Below, piece after piece: positions 39,742 through 49,112 of a DNA stretch of 64,000 nt (positions are counted from its first letter, which is position 1; each line of letters starts with the position of its first letter). The DNA is taken from positions 1 through 64,000 of IMG/VR virus record IMGVR_UViG_3300032294_001887; one strand, given 5' to 3'. The notes beneath the pieces are model-generated. The model saw nothing but the letters and a program-made list of their open reading frames with translations, had not been told where the DNA came from and did not search any database. The position numbers and the translations under genes were made by a program. This stretch comes from a virus.

Positions 39742-40348
39742 AGTTTGTAGTAAATGTTCTGTTGATAAACCACTATTGAAATATAATGTATGTTCTAGAG
39801 TGAAAGATGGGAGGAAAGCTGAATGTAGAGAGTGTCAAAGACTTGGAACTAAAGAATATAAGTTTAAAAATAAGGAAAAAATAAAAGAATATAATTCTAA
39901 ATGGAATTCCGAAAACAAATCCTATTATCAAGAATATCGTAAAATATGGGAGGTTAAAAATTATGATAAAGTTTTAGAAAAAAGAAAAAGATTCAAAGAA
40001 AAAAATCCTAGTTATATTAACAATTATAATAAACAAAGGAAAAAAGAAGATATCTTATTCAGGCTTATATCTGATATGAGAAATTCTGTTAATCGATACC
40101 TGAAATATAGGTCAAAAAAAACTTTCGAAATCGTTGGATGTACTCCGGAATTTCTTAAGGAACATTTAGAAAAACAATTTGTTGATGGCATGACTTGGGA
40201 GAATAGGGGTGAATGGCATATTGACCACAAAATTCCATTATCTTCTGCGAAAACAGAAGAAGAACTTTACAAGTTGTGTCATTATACAAACCTTCAACCA
40301 TTATGGGCTGAAGAAAATTTGAAAAAAGGTAACAAAATTATTGTCTAA
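39731..40348 (+). CDS. Zn-finger / 15-aa repeat / HNH-type endonuclease
   Basis: CSKC...CREC; WHIDHKIPL...HYTNLQPLWAEENLKK. Confidence 0.85.
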   Translation: METKVCSKCSVDKPLLKYNVCSRVKDGRKAECRECQRLGTKEYKFKNKEKIKEYNSKWNSENKSYYQEYRKIWEVKNYDKVLEKRKRFKEKNPSYINNYNKQRKKEDILFRLISDMRNSVNRYLKYRSKKTFEIVGCTPEFLKEHLEKQFVDGMTWENRGEWHIDHKIPLSSAKTEEELYKLCHYTNLQPLWAEENLKKGNKIIV

Positions 40349-40365
40349 CCAATAAATGAAAAAAA

Positions 40366-41367
40366 TTGAAAAAAACATTATTAGTCGATGGAAACAATGC
40401 TCTTTTAATAGGGTTCTACGGGGCTAGAGATTTATACAACAATGGTGAACACTTAGGTGGAATTTACCATTTTATTAATACCTTAAGAAAATTTCTTGAA
40501 GAACATAATCACGATAAGGTTATCGTCTTTTGGGATGGAGAATCAAACTCATCCATTAGAAAGTCCATTTACCCCCAATATAAAGCGAACCGAAGACAAG
40601 ATATGAACGAGTTCAAATACGAGTCGTATCTTCAACAAAAAGTTCGTGTAAAACAATACTTGGAAGAAATCTTTGTTAGACAGGTTGAGATGGTTGATAA
40701 CGAAGCCGATGACCTCATGGCATTTTACACACAAATCGCAACCGATGAGGATATTATAATCTTCTCTGCGGACAAAGACCTCACCCAACTTATTTCCGAA
40801 CGAGTAACCATTTATTCACCAATTTCAAAACAATATTACAAGAATGGTGATATGATATCAATTAATAAAGTTGATATTCCCCACTATAATGTGTTGTTAA
40901 CCAAAATCTTTACTGGTGACAAATCCGATAACATTTATGGTATTGAAGGATTGGGAGAAAAAACATTGATTAAATATTTCCCTCAAGTGCAGGAGAAACC
41001 ATGCACTATCGAAGAAATCTTGGACTACGCACGAAATATCGAGCAAAAGAAACCTATTAAAACTCTGAATAATATTTTGACTGGTAAGACAAAATTGTCT
41101 ATACTTGGAGAAGAGTTCTATAATACGAACAAAAAAATTGTTGACCTTAAAAACCCCCTAATTACAGATGACGGAAAAGACTTAGTAGAACAGATTTTAA
41201 CAGACGATATAGACCCTACAGATAGGGGATATAAAAACTTAATGAGAATGATGATGGAGGATGGTCTCTTTAAGTATTTACCAAAAGACGATGACGCTTG
41301 GGTAAATTTCCTCAAACCATTTATGAAATTAACAAGAAAAGAAAAAAGAAACACAAACAAAAATTAA
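40366..41367 (+). CDS. 5'-3' exonuclease (PolI N-terminal / T4 RNase H-like)
   Basis: LLVDGN, WDG, YKANR, EADD, SADKDL.QL, GDKSDNI.GI.GLGEKT; TTG start. Confidence 0.92.
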   Translation: MKKTLLVDGNNALLIGFYGARDLYNNGEHLGGIYHFINTLRKFLEEHNHDKVIVFWDGESNSSIRKSIYPQYKANRRQDMNEFKYESYLQQKVRVKQYLEEIFVRQVEMVDNEADDLMAFYTQIATDEDIIIFSADKDLTQLISERVTIYSPISKQYYKNGDMISINKVDIPHYNVLLTKIFTGDKSDNIYGIEGLGEKTLIKYFPQVQEKPCTIEEILDYARNIEQKKPIKTLNNILTGKTKLSILGEEFYNTNKKIVDLKNPLITDDGKDLVEQILTDDIDPTDRGYKNLMRMMMEDGLFKYLPKDDDAWVNFLKPFMKLTRKEKRNTNKN

Positions 41368-41372
41368 AAATT

Positions 41373-41825
41373 ATGGCAGAACAAGAAAGCACAAAAATTG
41401 AATTTTTATTGAAATTGAATGATAACATTATTGTTCAAAGATTTTTCAATGTGAGGGGGTTTAACCCAAAAGCAAAGAATTCGTTGGAATTACATTATTT
41501 TATGAAATATTTTAAAGATGAACTCCAATATCATTTGAAAATGAAAACCGTAACTTATATGATGGACAATCAAGATTTAATATCAAATGACCCAACAGTT
41601 ATGAATACATCGTTTACCGATGGTCCGGAAATCTTCAATATGTATATAAAAATTGGAGAACAGACAATTTGTCATAGAATGTTTGATGGAAAATTATTTC
41701 CGCCAAAAGTTCGTTATACGGTTGATATACGACCTATTTTGAAAGATGCCCTTCGTGAATTGACTGACATTTTTTCCTCAAAAAAATTAAATTTTAATTA
41801 TTTGGAGTTTGACTTGAGCAAGTAA
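41373..41825 (+). CDS. Hypothetical protein in replication block
   Basis: In-frame ATG 41373 after A-rich leader preferred over 41298. Confidence 0.7.
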   Translation: MAEQESTKIEFLLKLNDNIIVQRFFNVRGFNPKAKNSLELHYFMKYFKDELQYHLKMKTVTYMMDNQDLISNDPTVMNTSFTDGPEIFNMYIKIGEQTICHRMFDGKLFPPKVRYTVDIRPILKDALRELTDIFSSKKLNFNYLEFDLSK

Positions 41826-41860
41826 CTATTTAATAAAACAGGTAAACTTACAAACGATAT

Positions 41861-43237
41861 ATGAACAAGAATTTTGACTACTTAGGTAATACATTTCAAA
41901 TACAACTTTTAAATCAGATTATAGTAGATAAAGAATTTTCAATGACAATTATGGATGTTATTGAAAGCTCTTATTTTGACAACAAATACTTCAAAATCAT
42001 TTTACAAATGGTTAAAGAGTATTATGTGAAATATCAATCAACACCTAATTTTGATACTCTTGAGCAAATCGTTAAATCAGAAATCTCACAAGAATTGGTT
42101 GCAAAAATCGTTCTTGATACTATTACACAAATTAAAGACGCTCCATTTGAAGGAACAATGTTCGTTCAAGAAAAGGCGTTGAAGTTTTGTAAACAACAAG
42201 AACTCCAAAAGGCGATGGATAAGGCTCAAAAGATTATCACTGAAGGTGATTTTGAATCTTATGATAAGGTCGAAGGATTGGTTCGTGAAGCATTACAAGT
42301 TGGAGAAAGAGAAACCGGCTTAACCGATATCTTCTCCAATCTTGATAGTGTTTTGGATGAGGATTTTAGACACCCAATACCTATGGGAATACCTGGTATT
42401 GATAAGTTATTAAAAGGTGGTTTGGCTAAAGGTGAGATTGGGGTTATCCTTGCTCCAACCGGAGTTGGTAAGACGACCATCTTAACTAAAATTGCAAACA
42501 CTGCATTTAATCTTGGGTATAATGTTCTTCAAATATTTTTTGAAGACAACCCAAAGATTGTTCAAAGAAAACATTTTACCCTTTGGACTGGTATTGAACC
42601 GGATAATTTGGTTCAACATAAAGAAGAGGTTATGGGTAAAATTACTGAGATTAAGGAAACAATGAAGAATGAGTTAATCTTGAAAAAACTCCCTTCAGAT
42701 TCAATAACAATGAGTCATATCAAAAATCAACTTAGAAAAATGATTGCTGATGGAACTAAAATTGATTTGGTCTTGTTAGATTATATTGATTGTGTGGTTC
42801 CTGAAAGTTCAAGTAAGGATGAGTGGAAAGCTGAAGGGTCGGTAATGAGAGGTTTTGAAGCAATGTGTCATGAACTTAATTTGGTTGGTTGGACTGCAAC
42901 ACAAGGGAATAGGTCTTCAATCTCATCTGAGGTTGTAACGACAGACCAAATGGGTGGGTCAATCAAAAAAGCACAAGTTGGGCATGTTATTATATCTGTT
43001 GCCAAAACATTGCAACAAAAAGAAATGAATTTGGCAACAATTGCAATCACCAAGTCACGTCTTGGTAAAGATGGTGTCGTTTTTGAAAATTGTAAATTCA
43101 ATAACGAATTACTTGAAATAGATACTGAAAGTTCTGTAACATTCTTGGGATTTGAAGAACAACAAGAAGAAAGAAAGCGTGATAGAGTTAAAGAACTTTT
43201 GGAAAAAAGAAAATTAAGAGAACAACAAAATAATTAA
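41861..43237 (+). CDS. dnaB: DnaB/gp41-like replicative helicase
   Basis: APTGVGKT, LLDYID, WTATQGNR, KSRLG. Confidence 0.9.
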   Translation: MNKNFDYLGNTFQIQLLNQIIVDKEFSMTIMDVIESSYFDNKYFKIILQMVKEYYVKYQSTPNFDTLEQIVKSEISQELVAKIVLDTITQIKDAPFEGTMFVQEKALKFCKQQELQKAMDKAQKIITEGDFESYDKVEGLVREALQVGERETGLTDIFSNLDSVLDEDFRHPIPMGIPGIDKLLKGGLAKGEIGVILAPTGVGKTTILTKIANTAFNLGYNVLQIFFEDNPKIVQRKHFTLWTGIEPDNLVQHKEEVMGKITEIKETMKNELILKKLPSDSITMSHIKNQLRKMIADGTKIDLVLLDYIDCVVPESSSKDEWKAEGSVMRGFEAMCHELNLVGWTATQGNRSSISSEVVTTDQMGGSIKKAQVGHVIISVAKTLQQKEMNLATIAITKSRLGKDGVVFENCKFNNELLEIDTESSVTFLGFEEQQEERKRDRVKELLEKRKLREQQNN

Positions 43238-43247
43238 ATTATAAAAA

Positions 43248-44195
43248 ATGGAAAAAATATTAAAAGAAAATCCCAACCGATTTGTTATCTTCCCAATAGA
43301 ACATGATGATATTTGGGAGTATTATAAGCAACACCAAGCAGCTTTCTGGACGGCAGAAGAAGTTGATTTAACAAATGATATCCGTGATTGGGAAAATTTA
43401 TCGGATAATGAGAAATACTTCGTTAAGAATGTTTTATCGTTTTTTGCTGCATCAGATGGAATCGTTAATGAGAATTTAGCGGAAAACTTTTTGAAGGAAG
43501 TTCAATATCCTGAAGCGAAATTCTTTTATGGATTTCAACTTATGATGGAGAATATTCACTCGTTAATGTATTCACTTTTGATTGATACATATGTTTCAAA
43601 TCCTAAAGAAAAAGATGAGTGTTTCCATGCGATTGATAGATTACCGGCGGTTCAGAAGAAAGCATCATGGGCTCTCGATTGGATTAAGAATGCATCTTTC
43701 CAAGAAAGATTGGTTGCGTTCGCCGCGGTTGAAGGTATCTTCTTCTCAGGTTCATTCTGTTCAATCTTCTGGTTGAAATCAAGAGGAATCATGCAAGGAT
43801 TATGTAACGCTAATTCATTAATCTTTAAAGACGAGAACTTACATTGTGATTTTGCAATTCACTTGTTAAATAATCACATAGAGGATAAACCAAGTGAAAA
43901 AAGAATTAAAGAAATCTTATTATCTGCTTTGGAAATTGAAAAAGAATTTATCACAGAATCTTTACCGGTTTCACTTATTGGTATGAACTCAAACTTGATG
44001 AAACAATATCTTGAGTTTGTTGTTGACGGACTTTTGGTTAAACTTGGATGTAAAAAAGAGTTTAATGTTGAACAACCATTTAAGTTCATGGAACAAATTG
44101 CGGTTGAGACCAAAGGTAATTTCTTCGAGTCAAGAACGATGGAATACCAAAAGGCAAAATTGAACGAAACAATAACATTTACAGAAGATTTCTAA
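43248..44195 (+). CDS. nrdB: Class Ia ribonucleotide reductase beta subunit
   Basis: [45 protein letters not shown]. Confidence 0.96.
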   Translation: MEKILKENPNRFVIFPIEHDDIWEYYKQHQAAFWTAEEVDLTNDIRDWENLSDNEKYFVKNVLSFFAASDGIVNENLAENFLKEVQYPEAKFFYGFQLMMENIHSLMYSLLIDTYVSNPKEKDECFHAIDRLPAVQKKASWALDWIKNASFQERLVAFAAVEGIFFSGSFCSIFWLKSRGIMQGLCNANSLIFKDENLHCDFAIHLLNNHIEDKPSEKRIKEILLSALEIEKEFITESLPVSLIGMNSNLMKQYLEFVVDGLLVKLGCKKEFNVEQPFKFMEQIAVETKGNFFESRTMEYQKAKLNETITFTEDF

Positions 44196-44207
44196 ACCAT
44201 ATAAATT

Positions 44208-46628
44208 ATGATGTCATTAAGAATTAAAAAAAGAGGTGGAGAGGATGCTCCCTTTAATCCTCAAAAAATTTACAATAGAATTAAAAGAGCGGCAAAAGGA
44301 TTAAATGTTAATTCTGACGAGATTTTTATAAAAGTAATAACTTCAGTTCCAACTGAAGGTTTGATTACAACTAAAGAATTGGATAAACTTGTTTATGAAA
44401 TCGCTGCGGCATATACGGGTAGTCACCACGACTACTCAAGACTAGCATCATCAGTTGCTATTTCAGCGTATCATAAGGAAACTAAAGATAGTTTTTCAGA
44501 GACAATGATGGAACTCCATGAAACGGGGGTGGTTAATGACAAGTTTATTGAGACTATCAATAACTACGGACCGGAAAAAATTGATGAAGTTATTAATCAT
44601 GAGAATGATTATAATTTCGACTATTTTGCTTGGAGGTCATTACAGGAAATGTATTTGTTAAAAACACCACAAGGTAAAGTGATTGAAAGACCTCAACATA
44701 TGTATATGAGGGTTGCGATATGGGTTACAAATTCATTTGAAGAAGCGATGGATTATTACAATTCATTATCGAACCAATTAATATCACCAGCAACTCCAAT
44801 TATGATTAATTCGGGGACTAAAGTTCCTCAATTGGCTTCTTGTGTATTACATTACAACAATTCAGATTCTCGTAATGGTTTATTACAAACTTTGAATGAT
44901 ATCTCAACTTATTCTTCGGATGCTGCGGGTATTGGATTATCAATGTCTAATATTAGAAGTAAAGAAAGTAGAATTAATTCATCAGGTGGATTTGCCGGTG
45001 GATTATTGAAATACCTTAAGATTGTTAATGAGTCATTGAGATTTTTTAACCAACAAGGAAGAAGACCTGGTAGTGCGGCGATTTACCTTGAACCATGGCA
45101 TAAAGATATTATTGACTTACTTGAAATTAAAAAGAATACAGGTGCTGAGGAGTTGAGGGCAAGAGACTTGTTCACGGCATTATGGATACCGGATAATTTT
45201 ATGAGAGCGGTTAGAGAAGGTGGAGATTGGTATCTATTTTGTCCTAATGAAATTATTAAGGCGGGAATTAAACCACTACAAGAATGTTATGGGGATGAAT
45301 ATGAATCAAATTATGATAAAGCTGTTGAAATGGGACTTGGAAAAAAAATCAAGGCTCAAGAGATTTGGACAAAAATTGTAGAGTCTCAAATTGAAACAGG
45401 AGTTCCATATCTATGTTCAAAAGACAATGCTAATAGAAAGACAAATCACCAAAACATTGGAGTAATCAAACAATCTAATCTTTGTAATGAGATTTACCAA
45501 TATACGGATGAGAAAACTACTGCAATTTGTACCCTATCATCAATGGTGTTAAAGAATTTCATTAAGGATGGTAAATTCGATTATAACTTGTTAATCAGTG
45601 AAGTAAGGAAAGTTGTTAGAGCGTTGAATAATGTGGTTGATAAGAATAACTATTCAACAGAAAAAGGTTTAAAAGGTGGTCTTGAACAAAGAGCAATTGC
45701 AATTGGAACACAAGGATTGGCGGATGTATTCTACTTGATGGATTATATTTTCACTTCAGAAGATGCGAAAACTTTAAATAAAAACATTTTTGAAGCAATT
45801 TATTTCGCAGCGGTTACTGAAAGTATGGAATTATGTAAGTCAGGAGTTAGAACTCCTTATAAGTTTTTTGAAGGTTCTCCGATGTCTAAAGGTATTCTTC
45901 AATTCGATATGTGGGGATTAAGTGAAACTGATTTATTTTTGGATTGGTCATTACTAAAAGAAGATGTTAAAAAATATGGTGTTTGTAATAGTTTGTTCAC
46001 TGCTCAAATGCCTGTGGCGTCTTCAGCTAAGATTACAGGTTCATTTGAAATGACCGAACCAGCTCACTCTGCCTTATTTAATAGACGAGTTGTTGGAGGG
46101 GAAATATTAATCGTAAACAAATACTTAATTAATGATTTTGAGAAGATGGGTATTTGGAGTGAAGATTTGAAAAATGAAATCATTATGAATGAAGGGTCTA
46201 TCCAAAATATTAATTTTAACAACTACCTTGACCCGGAAGATAAAAATTATCTTAAGAAAGTTAAAAGAGCTGAACACCTGATTAGTAAGTATAAAACAAT
46301 TTGGGAGATATCTCAAAGAGAATTGATTGATATGGCGGCAGACAGAGCACCATTCGTTGACCAATCACAATCAATGAATATCTATATGGCTAATCCAACA
46401 TTATCAAAAATTACATCATCACATTTCCATTCATGGGAAAAAGGTTTGAAAACTTTATGTTATTATGTAAGAACTAAAGCGATTTCAACAGGAGCAAAAC
46501 ACTTGGCGGTTGATGTTTCAAAAATACAACAAGTTAAAAATAAAGTCGAAATACCTAAAGTGGATATTATTAATACATCGGTTAAACCCGAAGATAGTCC
46601 ATTTGAATGTTTCGGTTGTTCTTCTTAA
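44208..46628 (+). CDS. nrdA: Class Ia ribonucleotide reductase alpha subunit with ATP cone
   Basis: ERPQH, SPATP, QLASC, SNLCNEI, MPVASS, KTLCYY, C-terminal CFGC. Confidence 0.96.
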   Translation: MMSLRIKKRGGEDAPFNPQKIYNRIKRAAKGLNVNSDEIFIKVITSVPTEGLITTKELDKLVYEIAAAYTGSHHDYSRLASSVAISAYHKETKDSFSETMMELHETGVVNDKFIETINNYGPEKIDEVINHENDYNFDYFAWRSLQEMYLLKTPQGKVIERPQHMYMRVAIWVTNSFEEAMDYYNSLSNQLISPATPIMINSGTKVPQLASCVLHYNNSDSRNGLLQTLNDISTYSSDAAGIGLSMSNIRSKESRINSSGGFAGGLLKYLKIVNESLRFFNQQGRRPGSAAIYLEPWHKDIIDLLEIKKNTGAEELRARDLFTALWIPDNFMRAVREGGDWYLFCPNEIIKAGIKPLQECYGDEYESNYDKAVEMGLGKKIKAQEIWTKIVESQIETGVPYLCSKDNANRKTNHQNIGVIKQSNLCNEIYQYTDEKTTAICTLSSMVLKNFIKDGKFDYNLLISEVRKVVRALNNVVDKNNYSTEKGLKGGLEQRAIAIGTQGLADVFYLMDYIFTSEDAKTLNKNIFEAIYFAAVTESMELCKSGVRTPYKFFEGSPMSKGILQFDMWGLSETDLFLDWSLLKEDVKKYGVCNSLFTAQMPVASSAKITGSFEMTEPAHSALFNRRVVGGEILIVNKYLINDFEKMGIWSEDLKNEIIMNEGSIQNINFNNYLDPEDKNYLKKVKRAEHLISKYKTIWEISQRELIDMAADRAPFVDQSQSMNIYMANPTLSKITSSHFHSWEKGLKTLCYYVRTKAISTGAKHLAVDVSKIQQVKNKVEIPKVDIINTSVKPEDSPFECFGCSS

Positions 46629-46632
46629 AATA

Positions 46633-46665
46633 AAAATCCCAACATATGTTGGGATTTTCTTTTTT
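46633..46665 (+). terminator. Intrinsic terminator after nrdA
   Basis: AAAATCCCAAC-atat-GTTGGGATTTT plus T run. Confidence 0.85.
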
Positions 46666-46669
46666 AATC

Positions 46670-46703
46670 TATTTATAAGAAAAAACAGAAGAGTATATTT
46701 ATA
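46670..46703 (+). promoter_or_regulatory. Tandem TATTTATA motifs for baseplate operon
   Basis: 46670-46677 and 46696-46703. Confidence 0.6.
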
Positions 46704-46706
46704 GTT

Positions 46707-47177
46707 ATGGCTAATGGTGTTACATATGGTATTAATTTTCCGTTTAGAGATTCTCTAAGAGGAGACTACTTACAATTAACAGAATTACAATCAGAAGAAA
46801 TTAAAGCTGATTTAATTCATCTATTGTTAACTAGAAAGGGTTCGAGATATTTTCTACCTGAATTTGGAACAAGATTATATGAATTTCTTTTTGAACCATT
46901 TGATGGATTAACATTTAATGCTATTGAATCTGATATAAGAGATGCGATTGAAAACTTTATGCCAAATTTATTGGTTAATAGTTTAAGTATAACACCGGCC
47001 GACCCACAAGAAGAAGTTGATATTGCAACAGGTCAAAATTTTGTGGGAACAAGTGAATCGTCAGTATATCGATTTCCGGGAAAAGGAACTTCAGAATATA
47101 CTGCAAAAATAAGGATAGATTACTCAACCAATGGTTCTACTTTTGGTCAAAGTGATTTTGTGATTATTAATATTTAA
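46707..47177 (+). CDS. Baseplate wedge protein (gp25/GPW-like)
   Basis: LLLTRKGSR...PEFGTRLYEFLFEP. Confidence 0.88.
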   Translation: MANGVTYGINFPFRDSLRGDYLQLTELQSEEIKADLIHLLLTRKGSRYFLPEFGTRLYEFLFEPFDGLTFNAIESDIRDAIENFMPNLLVNSLSITPADPQEEVDIATGQNFVGTSESSVYRFPGKGTSEYTAKIRIDYSTNGSTFGQSDFVIINI

Positions 47178-47182
47178 ATAAG

Positions 47183-49021
47183 ATGGCAAACAACAGAATA
47201 TCATACGCTAGTAGAGATTATCAGTCGATTAGAACTGAACTTTTAAATTATACTAGAACATATTACCCTGAATTAATCCAAGACTTTAACGACGCTTCGG
47301 TATTTTCGGTATTTCTTGATTTAAATGCTGCGGTTGCAGATAATTTACATTATAATATTGACCGAAGTATTCAAGAAACGGTTCTACAATATGCTCAACA
47401 AAGGTCGTCAATTTATAACATAGCAAGAACCTACGGGTTAAAATTACCGGGACAAAGACCGTCTGTTTCATTGGTAGACTTCTCAATCACAGTCCCTGCT
47501 TTTGGGGATAAAGAGGATGAGAGATATCTTGGAACATTGGCTCGAGGGTCTCAAGTTGTTGGTGCGGGTGTTGTATTTGAGAATGTTTACGATATTGATT
47601 TTGCGTCACCATATAATGCTCAAGGATTCCCAAATCGTTTAAAGATTCCAAACTTCAATGCTAATAATATTTTAATAAATTACACAATAACAAAGAGAGA
47701 AATTGTTGTGAATGGTATTACTAAAGTTTTCAAGAAGGTTATTGGTGCGAATGATGTTAAACCTTTCTTTGAATTATTTTTACCTGAAAAAAATGTTTTA
47801 GGAATTACAAGTGTATTATTGAAGAATGGAACGAACTATACCAATACTCCTACAGTCGCAGAATTTTTAGGTTTGGATAATAGATGGTATGAGGTTGACG
47901 CATTGGCTGAAGATAGGGTATTTGTTGAAGACCCGACAAAAGTATCTGACCAACCGGGTATTAAAGTTGGTAGATATATTCAAACCCAAAATAGATTTAT
48001 TACTGAATATACACCAGAAGGATTTAAAAAAATGACATTTGGAGGAGGAACCAATACTGCTCAAGACCAATTGAATCAATTTACAACTTTAGGTACTACA
48101 TTAGAATTACAAAAATATTCAAATAACTTTTCATTGGGGTCAACTTTAACTCCAAATTCGACATTATTTATTCAGTATAGAGTTGGAGGAGGATTGGCAA
48201 CTAACTTGGGAACAAATGTTATCAATCAAATTGGAACCGTATCGTTTTTTGTTAATGGTCCGTCAGAAACAACTAATTCATCTGTTGTTAACTCATTGAG
48301 ATGTGTCAATGTAACCGCAGCGGTTGGAGGGGCAGGTATTCCATCATTGGAAGAAATTAGAAATTATGTTTCATTTAACTTCTCAGCACAAAAAAGAGCG
48401 GTAACCGTTCAAGATTATGAATCATTAATTCGAAATATGCCGGCTCAATTCGGAGCGCCAGCTAAAGTATCAATTACAGAAAATGATAATAAAATTTTAA
48501 TTCAAATATTATCATATGACACTTCAGGTAAGTTAACAAACATTGTTTCAAATACTTTGAGACAAAATATTGCAAATTATTTATCAAACTATAGAATGAT
48601 GAATGATTATATTTCAATCTTTAGTGCTGAAGTTATTGATTTAAGTTTGGATGTCTCAATAGTGTTAGATTCGGCTCAAAATTCAGGACAAGTAATTTCA
48701 AGTGTTGTTGATAAAATATCTGCATATTTTAATGCACAAACAAGACAATTAGGACAGAATGTTTATTTATCTGAACTTAGAAGTTTAGTTCAAAATACTA
48801 ATGGGGTATTAACGGTTGCAAGTATGGATGTATTTAATGAGGTTGGAGGACAATACTCGTCAGCAGAAACTTCAATGACTTATAGGGACGAAGCGACAAG
48901 ATTAATTGAACCTGTTGATGATACAATTTTTGCGCAACCTTCACAAGTTTATCAAGTTAGATATCCGAATAAGGATATTAGAGTTTCAGTTAAAAATTTC
49001 CAATCAGTTACTTTTTCATAA
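47183..49021 (+). CDS. Baseplate wedge subunit (gp6 / baseplate J-like)
   Basis: YASRDYQSIR, AQQRSSIYNIA, YRVGGG...N, AQKRAVTVQDY. Confidence 0.88.
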   Translation: MANNRISYASRDYQSIRTELLNYTRTYYPELIQDFNDASVFSVFLDLNAAVADNLHYNIDRSIQETVLQYAQQRSSIYNIARTYGLKLPGQRPSVSLVDFSITVPAFGDKEDERYLGTLARGSQVVGAGVVFENVYDIDFASPYNAQGFPNRLKIPNFNANNILINYTITKREIVVNGITKVFKKVIGANDVKPFFELFLPEKNVLGITSVLLKNGTNYTNTPTVAEFLGLDNRWYEVDALAEDRVFVEDPTKVSDQPGIKVGRYIQTQNRFITEYTPEGFKKMTFGGGTNTAQDQLNQFTTLGTTLELQKYSNNFSLGSTLTPNSTLFIQYRVGGGLATNLGTNVINQIGTVSFFVNGPSETTNSSVVNSLRCVNVTAAVGGAGIPSLEEIRNYVSFNFSAQKRAVTVQDYESLIRNMPAQFGAPAKVSITENDNKILIQILSYDTSGKLTNIVSNTLRQNIANYLSNYRMMNDYISIFSAEVIDLSLDVSIVLDSAQNSGQVISSVVDKISAYFNAQTRQLGQNVYLSELRSLVQNTNGVLTVASMDVFNEVGGQYSSAETSMTYRDEATRLIEPVDDTIFAQPSQVYQVRYPNKDIRVSVKNFQSVTFS

Positions 49022-49089
49022 AAAGTTCACTTTATTTTTCTTTAGTTTATTATTTAGTGGTGTGAGCGTTTTAAAAATCTCTCATAAAC

Positions 49090-49097
49090 TATTTATA
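49090..49097 (+). promoter_or_regulatory. TATTTATA motif
   Basis: Upstream of 49113. Confidence 0.6.
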
Positions 49098-49112
49098 AAT
49101 TAAAGTAACTTG

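Larger units (their letters stand above)
39558..40348 (+). mobile_element. RHH + HNH endonuclease cassette, copy 2
   Basis: Paralogous to 7805-8625; between recA and exonuclease. Confidence 0.6.

Noticed and set aside
5080-46628. Inteins or introns in polB, recA, helicase, nrdA/nrdB
   Set aside because: ORFs are continuous, of normal length and without splice motifs; the nucleases lie outside the genes
16037-49021. Bacterial eCIS/tailocin locus
   Set aside because: Interleaved with neck genes and a phage replication set, with no host housekeeping genes, so a phage genome fits better
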